Shown piece by piece: positions 28,400-39,807 of a DNA stretch of 64,000 nt; position 1 is the stretch's first letter, and every line of letters begins with the position of its first letter. This DNA is from Ignavibacteriales bacterium (lineage in GTDB: Bacteria > Bacillota_I > Bacilli_A > RF39 > UBA660), in NCBI GenBank assembly GCA_050259235.1, contig JBLNAG010000001.1:86640-150639 (forward strand), given 5' to 3'. The notes under the pieces are model-generated. The model saw only the letters and a program-made list of their open reading frames with translations, did no database searches and was not told the origin of the DNA. A program made the position numbers and the translations under genes.

Positions 28400-30280
28400 T
28401 CATGGTAATATTAATTCTAATATTACTTTGTTATCTTTATTCACCTTATATAATTGATTATCTTCAATATTACTATTAAATAATTGTCCATATTGGTCTA
28501 CAAATTGTTGATCTATATCAAAAAGATATACGAAGTCATAGTTTTCTATTAATTCTTTCTTCCAACTTTCAGTTGTTTTTAACACAGTCCAAATGTCATC
28601 TTCACTATATTTTTTGCCAATACTCCATGCATAATTTACATTCATTTTCTTAGGTGTTATTTCGTAATTGGCTACGTAAAAATCAAAACCGTTGTCATTT
28701 GTGGAGATAAAATATATATTATTGTCATTTGTAACATATTTATCTACCATATTTTTGAATTGTTTATAACTATTTCTAATGTCATGAGTATTGGATATAA
28801 TTTCTCGGGCAAATATAGTTGTATTTAAAAGGGCAATAAAATTTGCAAAACATAATAAAAATGTAAAAAAGATAATTAATAATTTATTGAATTCTTTAAT
28901 TTTATCTCTATATTTATTAATAAGTAAAGCAATAATTATAATAAACATTCCAAGAGTATAAGTACTTATATATCTTTGAAACGATGCTAAATTAACAGCT
29001 TCGTATTCACAAAATATAGTCAAATAAGTTAATAGCAGTAAAAATGAATATCCAATTGCCCCAAGTAAAATAAACAAGCCAGATAATATATAACTGTTTT
29101 TAAAGATACTTTTTTTCATATTGTTTGTTAAAATATAAAAAATAATTATAAATATCCCGACTGATGTAAAAAAAGTAATTGGCATCATTGAAGAATCAGT
29201 TAATGGAGTATAGAATAAGGCTTTAATGTAATCATATACAACATCTCTTCTATATCCAATTAGGTTACCAGATAGTATCGTTTTTATACTGTCAAGCATA
29301 CTATCATTTTGAAGTGGTAAATTGACATTTTTAACAATCAATGTCCCAATCCACATAAGTTTTACTGCTATTAATGGGATCAATGAAAATATCAAATACT
29401 TACTGTTTCTCCATATATATTTTAAATTGAATTTGAATTTATTACGAATAAAAATATTATCAATAAAAATAATTACGAAGGTAAGAAATGCAAATACCAT
29501 ACCTATTTCTTTAATCATAATTAAAAACAAAAGCGATGCTGATAGATTAATAATATTAAATTTATTTAATCCGTCGTTGTAATTTAAATAATAACTATAA
29601 ATTGAATATGCAAAAGTTGTACCTAAAATAGCATCAACATATAAACTGTTGTACAGGTCTGGATAAAACAAAGTTGGTACAATCATAATCATTATAAATG
29701 CTAGATGTATTGATAAGTTTTTAATATTTTTAAAATTCTTAAACATAGGTAGTATTAATGATAAAAAGGTTAAATTCATTCCAAAATATAGCATACCTTC
29801 GTTAAAAGTACCACTCAATTTAACAGCAAAATATTGAAATAGAGATGTTCCAGATAAATAACTCTTTGCAATCACATTCCCATCTAGGCCAATTCCAAAG
29901 TTATTAAGTAGATACATATTTTTTACAACTAGCGCCCAATGAGAAAATTCATCCCATATAATAGATAAACGATTATGATTTGTCCATATAAATAGTAATG
30001 ACCCAAGCATTAATAAACAAAATCCAACCGTCAAAACTTTTTCCTTAATAATAGTTTTATTTTTATAGATTGATTTAATGTTGAATATTAATAAAGGTAT
30101 ACCTAGTATCAATATAAAATAATAACCAACTAATAAATTAAAAAAAACGCCAGATAGAAATAATATAAATATTTTAACTATAATTGATAAAAAAATAGTC
30201 TCTTCTACTCTCTTATCAAAATGAATAGCAAAAGCTATCGCTGTATTTAGAACTATCAATAATAATAAAACATAATCCAT
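28400..30280 (-). CDS. Large polytopic membrane protein, putative polysaccharide polymerase/GT-C-like; paralog of 37894..39807
   Basis: 626 aa, about 14 TM helices. Shares blocks with the 637-aa protein: VGYYFILILG vs IGYYLILLLS, WDEFSHWAL vs FDELRMWAL, SGTSLFQYFAVK vs PGMSLFQYFFAK. Confidence 0.45.
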   Translation of the reverse strand: MDYVLLLLIVLNTAIAFAIHFDKRVEETIFLSIIVKIFILFLSGVFFNLLVGYYFILILGIPLLIFNIKSIYKNKTIIKEKVLTVGFCLLMLGSLLFIWTNHNRLSIIWDEFSHWALVVKNMYLLNNFGIGLDGNVIAKSYLSGTSLFQYFAVKLSGTFNEGMLYFGMNLTFLSLILPMFKNFKNIKNLSIHLAFIMIMIVPTLFYPDLYNSLYVDAILGTTFAYSIYSYYLNYNDGLNKFNIINLSASLLFLIMIKEIGMVFAFLTFVIIFIDNIFIRNKFKFNLKYIWRNSKYLIFSLIPLIAVKLMWIGTLIVKNVNLPLQNDSMLDSIKTILSGNLIGYRRDVVYDYIKALFYTPLTDSSMMPITFFTSVGIFIIIFYILTNNMKKSIFKNSYILSGLFILLGAIGYSFLLLLTYLTIFCEYEAVNLASFQRYISTYTLGMFIIIIALLINKYRDKIKEFNKLLIIFFTFLLCFANFIALLNTTIFAREIISNTHDIRNSYKQFKNMVDKYVTNDNNIYFISTNDNGFDFYVANYEITPKKMNVNYAWSIGKKYSEDDIWTVLKTTESWKKELIENYDFVYLFDIDQQFVDQYGQLFNSNIEDNQLYKVNKDNKVILELILP

Positions 30281-30379
30281 GTCAAATACCTCCTAGATAT
30301 TAATAAACCTTTTAATTTTAATGAATATCTATATTAAAATGTAGATATATATACCAATTGATAATAGTTTACTAATATA

Positions 30380-31588
30380 CTACTTTTTTTCACTTTTCTT
30401 AATTAAATTATACATTATATTCTCTAAATTTGAAATATGAATATCTTTCTCAAAATGTTTTTTATAATAAATTAATGAATTGTTTGACCATTGCTGTATC
30501 ATATTTTTATCATTAAACATCTTTAATATTATTTTTGATAATGATACATAATCAAGTGATTCACAACATAGGCCACATTTTGATTCCTCAATAACATTTT
30601 TTACTTCCCCACTAATTGCACCAACAATTGGCTTCCCAGCGGCCATATACGATTGAAGTTTTGCCGGTAAAGTACTATTTACTACGTCGTTGTTAACCAT
30701 TGTGATAATGAATGCATCAGCTAAATCATAATATTTTTTCATTTCTTCAATATCATGAAAACCATAGAATTTAATGTTACTTAAATTATATTTTTTTGCC
30801 ATGCTTTCACAATTTTTTTTATTTAATCCATCACCAACAATATGAAATAATATTTTTGATTTATCTTTTAATATGTTTGCCGCCTCAATAATTGTTTCAA
30901 CACTTTGGGCGGGACCGATATTACCAGCAAAAACAATATCAAAGTAATCATTTTTGATGTGTTCAGTTTTCTCATAATTACTTTCAGCATATGAAGGACA
31001 ATATATTAATCCTTTTTCATTACTGTTAATCTGCAAAACATTCTCAAAATAGTTTTTGAAAGATTTAGAACTAATTGTAATTAAATCAGCAGCATTATAA
31101 GTTTTTCTACTCCATCGAAGTAAAATCTTATATACAATACTTTTTCTGCTTATTCCACCCGTTGTTATACTTTCTGGCCATTGATCAAGGCAATGTATAA
31201 TCAAAGGAATTTTTCCAAAATTTTTAACTACTATCGCTGGCCACACCATTGTGATAGGCGATAATTGATAGACATATACAATATCAAACCTTTTATGCAT
31301 TAATAATGCTTTTATTGATGCACTTATAGCAAACGACATATAATTAATTGCCATTTTAATAATTGACTGTCCTCTGCCAATCAAAAATGTTCTTATAATT
31401 TTTACTCCATTTATAGTCTGTTTTCTATTCTTAAAAAACCTATATTCATTAGAAACTTTACCCGTAGGATAATTGGGCAGCCCAGTCAACACTGTAACAC
31501 TATGTCCCCTTTTTACAAGCTCATAACATATATCATTTATTCTAAATTGTTCGGGATAAAAATGCTGACATACTACTAGTATCTTCAT
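30380..31588 (-). CDS. GT4 glycosyltransferase, WbuB/WcaI-like (candidate L-FucNAc transferase)
   Basis: MKILVVCQHFYPEQFRINDICYELVKRGHSVTVLTGLPNYPTG is typical of the WbuB/WcaI GT4 subfamily. Confidence 0.7.
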   Translation of the reverse strand: MKILVVCQHFYPEQFRINDICYELVKRGHSVTVLTGLPNYPTGKVSNEYRFFKNRKQTINGVKIIRTFLIGRGQSIIKMAINYMSFAISASIKALLMHKRFDIVYVYQLSPITMVWPAIVVKNFGKIPLIIHCLDQWPESITTGGISRKSIVYKILLRWSRKTYNAADLITISSKSFKNYFENVLQINSNEKGLIYCPSYAESNYEKTEHIKNDYFDIVFAGNIGPAQSVETIIEAANILKDKSKILFHIVGDGLNKKNCESMAKKYNLSNIKFYGFHDIEEMKKYYDLADAFIITMVNNDVVNSTLPAKLQSYMAAGKPIVGAISGEVKNVIEESKCGLCCESLDYVSLSKIILKMFNDKNMIQQWSNNSLIYYKKHFEKDIHISNLENIMYNLIKKSEKK

Positions 31589-31594
31589 AATTTC

Positions 31595-32116
31595 TTACTC
31601 CTTACTACATTGCTGTATATATTTTGCTGCATCTAATAAATCATTTGCAAAAATATACTTATCATTTTTAGACCCAATTATTATTCCCTCAATAGATGTA
31701 TATTCACAAATAGATAAATCTCGTTCTCTATCACCTATTACATAAGATTTATTTAAATCAGGATTATATTCTTCAATTGCTTTTTTATATAGTCCAATTT
31801 TAGGTTTCCTACAATCACAATTGTCTTCCTCAGTATGTGGGCAAAAATAAACATTTGTAATTTTAATTCCAGCCTCAAGTAGCTTATCAATAAAATATTT
31901 ATTAAACTTATTATATTCATCTATAGTATACATTTTTCTTCCAATTCCCGATTGATTTGTTACTACAATTAACATATAACCCATCTTAGTCATTAGCTTT
32001 AGACCTTCAATTGCATTTTTCATAAAAACTAAGTCTGTTAACTTATGAACATAACCATAATCTACATTAATTGTTCCATCTCTATCTAAAAAAATAACTT
32101 TATTCATTTTTTCCAT
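31595..32116 (-). CDS. gmhB: D-glycero-D-manno-heptose 1,7-bisphosphate 7-phosphatase GmhB (HAD, histidinol-phosphatase-like)
   Basis: VIFLDRDGTIN (HAD motif I), TNQSGIGR, CDCRKPK and GDRERD motifs. Confidence 0.8.
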   Translation of the reverse strand: MEKMNKVIFLDRDGTINVDYGYVHKLTDLVFMKNAIEGLKLMTKMGYMLIVVTNQSGIGRKMYTIDEYNKFNKYFIDKLLEAGIKITNVYFCPHTEEDNCDCRKPKIGLYKKAIEEYNPDLNKSYVIGDRERDLSICEYTSIEGIIIGSKNDKYIFANDLLDAAKYIQQCSKE

Positions 32117-33557
32117 AAACCTTTAATATTTTATCAATTATTTTTGTTGTGGACTTTCCGTCTCTAAGGGAAATAAATTCTATTCTCCCTCCATAACTCT
32201 CAATAACTTCTTTTTCTGGAACATATTTATTTTTCCAATCATCACCCTTTATAGAAATATCGGGTTTTAAATAATTTATTAAATTTACTGGTGTTTTGTC
32301 CTCCATTAGTATCACATAATCAACACACTCTAATTCACTAATCATTTCAACACGATCCTCTTGATTGATTATCGGCCTTAGATCACCTTTATTTTCTCTT
32401 ACTGAATCATCAGAATTTATAGCAACAATCAATATATCTCCAAAACTTTTTGCCTTTTTAAAAGATGATATGTGACCAACATGTAATAAATCAAAACAAC
32501 CGTTGGTAAATACAATTTTTTTACCTTTTTCTTTCAAATCATCAATAATGTATTTAGCAGTTTCATTAGATATCAATTTAAAATCTCCAGTATTATAAAT
32601 ACTACTTAACAATTCATTTAAACTAACTGTACTTGCGCCAAATTTTGATATTACGACAGATGCAGCTGAATTTGCTACTTGACATATTTCTCCAATTTCA
32701 AAAGCAAGTGGTAATAGTATTGCAAATATTGAAACAACTGTATCACCAGCACCAGTTACATCAATAACATCTTTAGCAAATGTAGGAAAATCAATTTTAC
32801 TATGTTTTGAATAATCAAATAAAGAAATTCCTTTTTCTGATCTTGTTAATGCAAGATACTTTAAATGAGTATCTTCACAAAGTTTTAATCCAGCATCAAA
32901 AATTGAATCTTCAGAATCAAATTTATTATTTGAAACAATTCCTAATTCTTTAACATTAGGGGTAAGAATTGTAGCATGATTATATTTGCTATAGTCCTTT
33001 CCTTTTGGATCAACAATTATAGGGATATTGTTTTCATTAGCATGTTTAATCATAATTTGAGCAATATCTTTACTTACTGCTCCTTTTCCGTAGTCAGATA
33101 TAACAAATGAATCTATTCCATCAAATATTTCTTTCAAATTTGATAAAATAAATTTTTTATATTCTTCAGGCATCTCCATAATTATTTCTTCATCTAAACG
33201 AAGAAATTGTTGATTTTTAGACACAATTCTTGTTTTTATAATAGTCTTAGCATTCTTACACTTTTTTAGAAATTGTGTGTCAACTCCTGCTTCATATAAA
33301 TTATTTATAAAGAAGGTTCCATCTTCATCTTCTCCAACACAACCTATTGGTCTTACCTTTGCTCCAAGTGTAATTATGTTATTTATAACATTTCCTGCAC
33401 CACCTAATCGTGACATTTTGCTATTTACTTCAACAACTGGTACAGGTGCCTCTGGTGAAATACGGCTAACATTTCCATCAATGTATTTATCAACCATATA
33501 ATCACCAAAAACTAAAATTGTTTCTTCTTTTATTTTACTTAACATTTCAACTTTCAT
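32100..33557 (-). CDS. hldE: Bifunctional D-beta-D-heptose 7-phosphate kinase / D-beta-D-heptose 1-phosphate adenylyltransferase HldE (RfaE)
   Basis: N-terminal pfkB/ribokinase-like domain (DVTGAGDT). C-terminal cytidylyltransferase-like domain FTNGCFDLLHVGHISSFKKAK (HxGH). Confidence 0.9.
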   Translation of the reverse strand: MKVEMLSKIKEETILVFGDYMVDKYIDGNVSRISPEAPVPVVEVNSKMSRLGGAGNVINNIITLGAKVRPIGCVGEDEDGTFFINNLYEAGVDTQFLKKCKNAKTIIKTRIVSKNQQFLRLDEEIIMEMPEEYKKFILSNLKEIFDGIDSFVISDYGKGAVSKDIAQIMIKHANENNIPIIVDPKGKDYSKYNHATILTPNVKELGIVSNNKFDSEDSIFDAGLKLCEDTHLKYLALTRSEKGISLFDYSKHSKIDFPTFAKDVIDVTGAGDTVVSIFAILLPLAFEIGEICQVANSAASVVISKFGASTVSLNELLSSIYNTGDFKLISNETAKYIIDDLKEKGKKIVFTNGCFDLLHVGHISSFKKAKSFGDILIVAINSDDSVRENKGDLRPIINQEDRVEMISELECVDYVILMEDKTPVNLINYLKPDISIKGDDWKNKYVPEKEVIESYGGRIEFISLRDGKSTTKIIDKILKVYGKNE

Positions 33558-33559
33558 AA

Positions 33560-34843
33560 TTATCTCCTATCTTGGTCATCTATCATTTTTTTTACTATAC
33601 ACCAAGCATCTTCAATTGATATTTCATTTAAACATGGCCATATTTTATTTTGCTTTTTTAATTTAATACAATTATTATCACAATTAAAACAATCCATTTT
33701 GTGAACAATAATATAAGGTTTTAAATAATTATCCATATTCTTAAATTTATATGAAACATACCTATCATATGTATAACCACCTGTAATTATTGCCGTTGGA
33801 ACTTGATTTATAACTCCAATATGATAAGTACTTGTATCATTTGTAACTATAAATTCTGCTTTTGTTATAACATATATGAACTCTAATAATGATGTTTTTC
33901 CGACTATATCAATATATGGTATATCATCAATCTTTTGCTTTAATTCATTAATACTATCTAGATCACTGTTTGTCCCACAAAATAATAATGGAATTTTACA
34001 TGATTTATATATCCTCTTTATTAACTCAGCATAGTTTTCAATGGGCCATCTCTTCAATTGTGTACTAGCACTAGGAAATACAATAAAATATTTTTTTGGT
34101 AATTCAATTTTAGGTTTTACTGTTTCAATTTTATGTAACTCAAGATTATAGTCTTTTAGTCCTAATCCTCTTAAAAGTTCAGCATAATATTCCAATAATG
34201 ATATATGTTTATCTTTTATTTGTATTATTTGGTTATATATTATATTTGAAATCCAATAAGGACATATAACTGGCATATTAATTTTATCAATTATTGTAAT
34301 TTTATTTTGAGCACATATTGCTCTGCTCATAAATATATTTGTCGTGCATTCATTAGCTCCAATTGGATCAATAACAATATCATAGTATTTATTACGAAGC
34401 AATTTAAATAACCCAAATCTTTTCTTTAAATTAAAAGTTGATTCGGTTAAATTATATGGAATAATTTCATCAAAAAGTTTAGAATTTTCATATATTGAAT
34501 TTAAACCCTTTTGGCAAATTAAGGTAATATTATAATGATTTTTTGGATATAATTTTCGAATACCATTTATCGCAGTTAGCCAGATCATTCCATCACCAAA
34601 AGCATAATTATACATAATAATTATTTGTTTTTTTTGACTATTTTGAATTTTTGGTTTTCTAATAAACATTAATAAAATTGCATCTGTAAAAAACAGTATT
34701 ATTTTAAGTTTTCTTAAAAATGGCATTTTTTGGCATAAAACATATAGTTTTAATGAAAAATTTGAGTAGTAACTTTCTTTTTTCATATAATTATATTCAT
34801 GCCATTTCTTTTTCGACAAGTTCACATATTGTATGAATTGCAA
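33560..34843 (-). CDS. GT9 family glycosyltransferase (ADP-heptose-dependent heptosyltransferase-like) with N-terminal hydrophobic extension
   Basis: GT9-like core ([27 protein letters not shown]...[11 protein letters not shown]...[17 protein letters not shown]) preceded by ~90 extra aa including a TM-like segment. Confidence 0.7.
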   Translation of the reverse strand: MQFIQYVNLSKKKWHEYNYMKKESYYSNFSLKLYVLCQKMPFLRKLKIILFFTDAILLMFIRKPKIQNSQKKQIIIMYNYAFGDGMIWLTAINGIRKLYPKNHYNITLICQKGLNSIYENSKLFDEIIPYNLTESTFNLKKRFGLFKLLRNKYYDIVIDPIGANECTTNIFMSRAICAQNKITIIDKINMPVICPYWISNIIYNQIIQIKDKHISLLEYYAELLRGLGLKDYNLELHKIETVKPKIELPKKYFIVFPSASTQLKRWPIENYAELIKRIYKSCKIPLLFCGTNSDLDSINELKQKIDDIPYIDIVGKTSLLEFIYVITKAEFIVTNDTSTYHIGVINQVPTAIITGGYTYDRYVSYKFKNMDNYLKPYIIVHKMDCFNCDNNCIKLKKQNKIWPCLNEISIEDAWCIVKKMIDDQDRR

Positions 34844-35366
34844 TAATATGTGCTTCTTGAACTCTTGCAGTAATTTTAAATGGTATAATTAGAGAAATAT
34901 CACACATTGATGCTAATTTACCACCGTCTTTTCCAAGAAAACCAATAGTAATCATCTTTTGTTTTTTAGCTTCTTCAACAGCCTCAATTACATTATTGGA
35001 ATTGCCACTTGTTGAAATTCCAATAAATATATCCCCTTCATTACCTAAAGCTTCTACTTGCCTACTGAATACTTTGTCGTAGCCATAATCATTTCCTATA
35101 CAAGTAAGTACAGATGTATCAGTACTTAGTGAAATAGCAGGCATTCCTTTTCTTTCAAGTAGAAATCTTCCAACAATTTCACCAGCAAAATGTTGTGCAT
35201 CAGAAGCGCTACCACCATTACCAGCAATTAATATTTTCTTGCCATCTTTTAAAGCCTTAATTTGAGTAGCAACAATTTTTTCAATTGTGCTAATATATTC
35301 TCCCTCTCTAAGTAATGATATATTACATATGTGTTCTTCAAGTATTTCACTAATTCGTTCTTTCAT
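34797..35366 (-). CDS. gmhA: Phosphoheptose isomerase GmhA (SIS domain)
   Basis: [25 protein letters not shown] and [13 protein letters not shown] motifs; overlaps the downstream GT9 gene by 47 nt. Confidence 0.85.
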   Translation of the reverse strand: MKERISEILEEHICNISLLREGEYISTIEKIVATQIKALKDGKKILIAGNGGSASDAQHFAGEIVGRFLLERKGMPAISLSTDTSVLTCIGNDYGYDKVFSRQVEALGNEGDIFIGISTSGNSNNVIEAVEEAKKQKMITIGFLGKDGGKLASMCDISLIIPFKITARVQEAHIIAIHTICELVEKEMA

Positions 35367-35396
35367 TTTTTTCCTCCTTCTTCCGATAATATAATA

Positions 35397-36821
35397 TTAT
35401 TTGCTCTTTCCATTTAATACTTGGTTAAATATAAACAATATGTTTCTTCTATTTAATATATATATTATAATTATTGCAATAATAAATATTAGATATCTTA
35501 TTATAAAATTATTAATAAAATATAAATTAGCAAAACATAGAAAAAATAATGCTAATGAATAAAATAATATTATCTTAGAATCAAAAATCTTCTTTTTACC
35601 AATTTTTTTCATACCATAATAGTTAAATACTGTTAATAATATATAGCTTATTAACGTTGTGTATGCTGCAGCTGTATATCCATAATTTTTTATAAAAATA
35701 TAATTCAATATAATATTAATAATCGCTGTAAGTATTGAATAATAAGCAATTATTTTGCCTTGTTCATAATAATATTCTACATCATAAAATATTACATACA
35801 ATCCTTGAAAATACATTCCTAAACTTATTGGTACAATTATATTAACAGCAGAAAAATAAGTTGAATTTAGAAAAGTCTTTATCATTTCTGGAGCAACTGT
35901 AATTAAACCTAGAGTTATTATAAAAAATAAAATTATTATATTTGATGAATTTTTATATATTGGTTCTATTTCATCATTATCAAGTCTTCTATATACCCAT
36001 GGTGACCATGGTTTTAAAATACATATAATAAGACTATAAACTATATTACTTATAGTATACGCAACACTATATATACCTGCAGACTCTGCCCCAACCATGC
36101 TTTTAATCATTAATAAATCACTATTTGATAATAATACTTGTGATAACAAATGAGCAACAAATGGTGTACTGATTTGTAATCCATATTTTAAATATTTTTT
36201 ATCAAAACTAAATTTCCCTTTTATCAAAATATATATTAGAAATAATATACCAATGACAATTGGTAATGCTTTTAATCCAATTATTTTACCCCAGTATTTA
36301 TCTGTGTGACAAAAAAGTACTAAAAATATTGATAATATTTGTGATAATGGTGAAGTTATAAAATTATAAATAAAAACTTTTATATATTCATTTTTAAAAG
36401 TCCATTTTGTAAAAAAGTAAAGAACTATATTATCAAACAATATCGATAAAAACAAAAAGGTCATCAGTAATGTATTAAAACCAAATAGACTATTAAATGA
36501 TCCTTTAAATATATAATATAATATATAATAACCAATAATAGATATTATTGTAAATATTGTAATCGTAGAAAAATAATTGTCGAGTTCTATTTTTTTATTT
36601 AACATTACTTTATTTATCGATGTATAAATTGATAAAGTAATAATATAGGAAATAACAGTTTGAAGTGTAATAAATGAGGTTGATATACCCATATCGGAAG
36701 GTGTTAATAAATTAGATAAAATCGATAAAGATACTAAACTCACTATCATAGATATTCCAACCGAAATAATATTCACGATGCTGGCTTTAATTGTTTTTTT
36801 GCCATCATTTTCTCTTGACAT
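35397..36821 (-). CDS. wzx: Wzx-like oligosaccharide flippase (polysaccharide biosynthesis protein, MOP superfamily)
   Basis: 474 aa, about 12-14 TM helices; located inside the glycan locus. Confidence 0.65.
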   Translation of the reverse strand: MSRENDGKKTIKASIVNIISVGISMIVSLVSLSILSNLLTPSDMGISTSFITLQTVISYIITLSIYTSINKVMLNKKIELDNYFSTITIFTIISIIGYYILYYIFKGSFNSLFGFNTLLMTFLFLSILFDNIVLYFFTKWTFKNEYIKVFIYNFITSPLSQILSIFLVLFCHTDKYWGKIIGLKALPIVIGILFLIYILIKGKFSFDKKYLKYGLQISTPFVAHLLSQVLLSNSDLLMIKSMVGAESAGIYSVAYTISNIVYSLIICILKPWSPWVYRRLDNDEIEPIYKNSSNIIILFFIITLGLITVAPEMIKTFLNSTYFSAVNIIVPISLGMYFQGLYVIFYDVEYYYEQGKIIAYYSILTAIINIILNYIFIKNYGYTAAAYTTLISYILLTVFNYYGMKKIGKKKIFDSKIILFYSLALFFLCFANLYFINNFIIRYLIFIIAIIIIYILNRRNILFIFNQVLNGKSK

Positions 36822-37161
36822 TTTTATCTTTGATTCCCTTCAATATACTTACCTCTTGAATCAATAATTTTAATTGCTCTTTTTGTTTTGAAACAATTAT
36901 AGTCAATGAAATTGTGATAACAAATAAAAAAGCAATAATTAATATAAATAATAAATTTGAGGCAACTTGTATTTTGAATATATTTGTTAACCAAACAAGT
37001 ATTGGTGGAAAAATAACAAAAAGTAATAACACAAAAGTACAGGAATACCATACTAATGAATATTTAATAGTAATTTTATCTTTTCTTACAAATAATGTTA
37101 TTATTAGAATAATTGCTAAGAGAAATAACAGTGCTGCTAATTTTAAATTTTCCGATATCAT
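36805..37161 (-). CDS. DUF2304-like small membrane protein (GtrA-like partner of the adjacent GT2)
   Basis: 118 aa, 3 TM helices, charged C-terminal coil; immediately downstream of a GT2 DPM1-like gene, the common GT2+DUF2304 pairing. Confidence 0.5.
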   Translation of the reverse strand: MISENLKLAALLFLLAIILIITLFVRKDKITIKYSLVWYSCTFVLLLFVIFPPILVWLTNIFKIQVASNLLFILIIAFLFVITISLTIIVSKQKEQLKLLIQEVSILKGIKDKNVKRK

Positions 37162-37877
37162 TATTTATACCTCCTTATACTTGTAATTAGTATAGACAGA
37201 AGCACATTGATCATATAATATATATTTTTCCATGCACGAATCGAAGATTGACCTTCTTTTCTACTATGCATAACGACAGGAACCTCTAATATATTATATT
37301 TCATTTTTAATAACATAACTTCTGAAATAGGTTCTGGATATTCTGATGGATATTCATTAATAAATTCTCGCATAATATTTTTATCTATTGCTCGAAAACC
37401 CGATGTTGGATCATATACTTTATTTTTTGTAAATAATTTGATAAATAACGAAATTATCTTAATTCCTACTCTTCTTGCTTTTGAAGATTTAAATCCTTTA
37501 GTTTTTGGTAAGATAAATCTTGACCCAATACACATATTACATTCATTATTTATAATGGGTTCTATTATATTTTTTACATAATTAATATCATGTTGACCAT
37601 CACCATCAAATTGAACGGCAATGTCATAATCATGAGTTGCTGCATACTTATATCCTGTTTGAACAGCTCCACCAATGCCCAAATTGGTTATTAAATCAAT
37701 ATGAGGAATATTATTCACATCTAAAATTTCACCAGTTTTATCAAAGGAACCATCATTAATAAATATACAATCATAAGTTTCTTGATTTTTGCTGTTATAT
37801 TCACATATTTTATTCCATAAATTAAGAACATTTTTTTCTTCGTTATACGAAGGTATTATTAATAATATTTTTTTCAT
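37161..37877 (-). CDS. GT2 polyprenyl-phosphate glycosyltransferase (DPM1-like)
   Basis: LLIIPSYNEEKNV...FINDGSFD...QFDGDGQHD (DXD) motifs; 238 aa, soluble GT-A domain. Confidence 0.8.
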   Translation of the reverse strand: MKKILLIIPSYNEEKNVLNLWNKICEYNSKNQETYDCIFINDGSFDKTGEILDVNNIPHIDLITNLGIGGAVQTGYKYAATHDYDIAVQFDGDGQHDINYVKNIIEPIINNECNMCIGSRFILPKTKGFKSSKARRVGIKIISLFIKLFTKNKVYDPTSGFRAIDKNIMREFINEYPSEYPEPISEVMLLKMKYNILEVPVVMHSRKEGQSSIRAWKNIYYMINVLLSILITSIRRYK

Positions 37878-37893
37878 ATTACTTCCCCTATAC

Positions 37894-39807
37894 TTAATAG
37901 CTAGATATTTTCTTCATTAATAGTTTTCCATCACCAGTAATAGTTTTTTTAAACATATCACCAGCTTGTGGTTTGTTACCAAATAATTCTTTACTCTCTT
38001 CATCTAAATTTTCTATATCTTCAACAACAAAAACATAATCAAATTTCGTCAAAAGTGTATTAATGTTATCATTATTGGTTTTAATATAATATAAAGGTGG
38101 AGTTGTTACGTCACTAGCGAGATACATCCCAGAAGTTAATGGATAAATGCCATTGTCCACAAGAGATAAAAATAAATGATGTTGGTAGAGAACACAACTA
38201 TACGTTGTAGAATCACAATAATTATATATTGTGAGAACATTTACACCTTCATTTTTTTCCCCTATAATAGAAATCATTTTATTCGCATATTCATTTGTTT
38301 TTGTCTCAATTTCTTGCTCATAAACAAATTTACTAATTTTTGGAAGGTTATAACTATATAATATAATAAAAAATAGAATGAGGCCATAATATAATGGAAT
38401 TTTTTTAATTTTTGAAGACATATCATAGACAAATAATAATGTGAACGTTGATATTCCAGTTATAACAGCGCCAATATATCTTTCATAGCACAAAATTGTA
38501 TTATTAAATGTAAATACATATATATATAAATATAATAGTAAGAATATTATTATAGAAAAAATTCCAAAGATGAAGCTACTAATAATAATTTTTCTTTTTT
38601 CTTTAACAACTGCAAAAAATAATACCAACATCACTAGAAAGTAAAATATACATATATTTGGTAGTGTAGCTAAATTAGTATATTTTAAATCACCAATAAT
38701 AAAACTACTACTTTTTATATATGAAATGTATGATGTTAAAAATTCCCTTTGATCTGCATTTGGATTTAAAAATAGATTTAATGAATCTCTTATTTTATTT
38801 GAAGAAACAATTGAAGAAGATGCATCAATATCCAAATTCAATTTTACGATAAGTTGCCAACTTAAAAAGGTAAAAATAACTACGAAAATTGGAGTCACAA
38901 TTTTAATATAATCTATAACATTTTTCTTTTGGAATTTAAAATTATAATTTTTATATATAAATATTTGATTTATTAAAAATGATAATACAACACAACCAGC
39001 TAATGCAATACCAACCACTTTCATTAATATAATCATTGATAATGACAAACAAAATAAAATGTAAGTAAATTTATCTTTTTTTAGGTCTCGGGTGGATAAA
39101 AATAAAGAATAACCAAATGATATCCCTAAAATAGGATCAATATACAATGATCTGTAATAGTATTGTAAGTCAAGACCAGTATTAGCAAAGGTCATTGGAA
39201 AAGTAAATAATAAGATTACTATTGGAAATATTATTAAAAATTTTTTCCATTTTATTTTTTTTGTTATTGGAAGTAAAAACGATAAACCAACTAATGAATA
39301 ACTTAAAAACAAATTACTCTCGGTAAAATTTCCGATATTTTTTGCAAAAAAATATTGAAATAGTGACATACCAGGATAATAGTCAGTAGAAAAAAACAAA
39401 TCATTACCTATCATTAGTTTATTAGTTATAAAAATACTCTTTGGATATAAAGCCCACATTCTAAGTTCATCAAATGTCATTGCAAAATTAGTTTTTGTTA
39501 CCATATATATTATAAAAAATAATACAATGAAAATAAATAAGCCTGGTGTAAAAAATAAGTTTATAGAGCTTTTTCTAATATTTTTATCTTTTATAAACTT
39601 TTTTATAGAAATGAATAATATTATAAAAGATAGTAGTAAAATTAAATAATATCCAATTATAACTATATTTAGCATGTAAAAAACAAATAATATAAATATT
39701 ACACTCATAACTGTAAATGGAATCATTTCTTCAAATCGTTTATTAAGATATATACTCCCATATATACTCCCAATTGATAATAATACTATATTGAAAATTA
39801 GACCCAC
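37894..39807 (-). CDS. Large polytopic membrane protein, paralog of 28400..30280 (putative GT-C glycosyltransferase/polymerase)
   Basis: 637 aa, many TM helices; paralogy blocks as listed for 28400..30280. Confidence 0.45.
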   Translation of the reverse strand: MGLIFNIVLLSIGSIYGSIYLNKRFEEMIPFTVMSVIFILFVFYMLNIVIIGYYLILLLSFIILFISIKKFIKDKNIRKSSINLFFTPGLFIFIVLFFIIYMVTKTNFAMTFDELRMWALYPKSIFITNKLMIGNDLFFSTDYYPGMSLFQYFFAKNIGNFTESNLFLSYSLVGLSFLLPITKKIKWKKFLIIFPIVILLFTFPMTFANTGLDLQYYYRSLYIDPILGISFGYSLFLSTRDLKKDKFTYILFCLSLSMIILMKVVGIALAGCVVLSFLINQIFIYKNYNFKFQKKNVIDYIKIVTPIFVVIFTFLSWQLIVKLNLDIDASSSIVSSNKIRDSLNLFLNPNADQREFLTSYISYIKSSSFIIGDLKYTNLATLPNICIFYFLVMLVLFFAVVKEKRKIIISSFIFGIFSIIIFLLLYLYIYVFTFNNTILCYERYIGAVITGISTFTLLFVYDMSSKIKKIPLYYGLILFFIILYSYNLPKISKFVYEQEIETKTNEYANKMISIIGEKNEGVNVLTIYNYCDSTTYSCVLYQHHLFLSLVDNGIYPLTSGMYLASDVTTPPLYYIKTNNDNINTLLTKFDYVFVVEDIENLDEESKELFGNKPQAGDMFKKTITGDGKLLMKKISSY

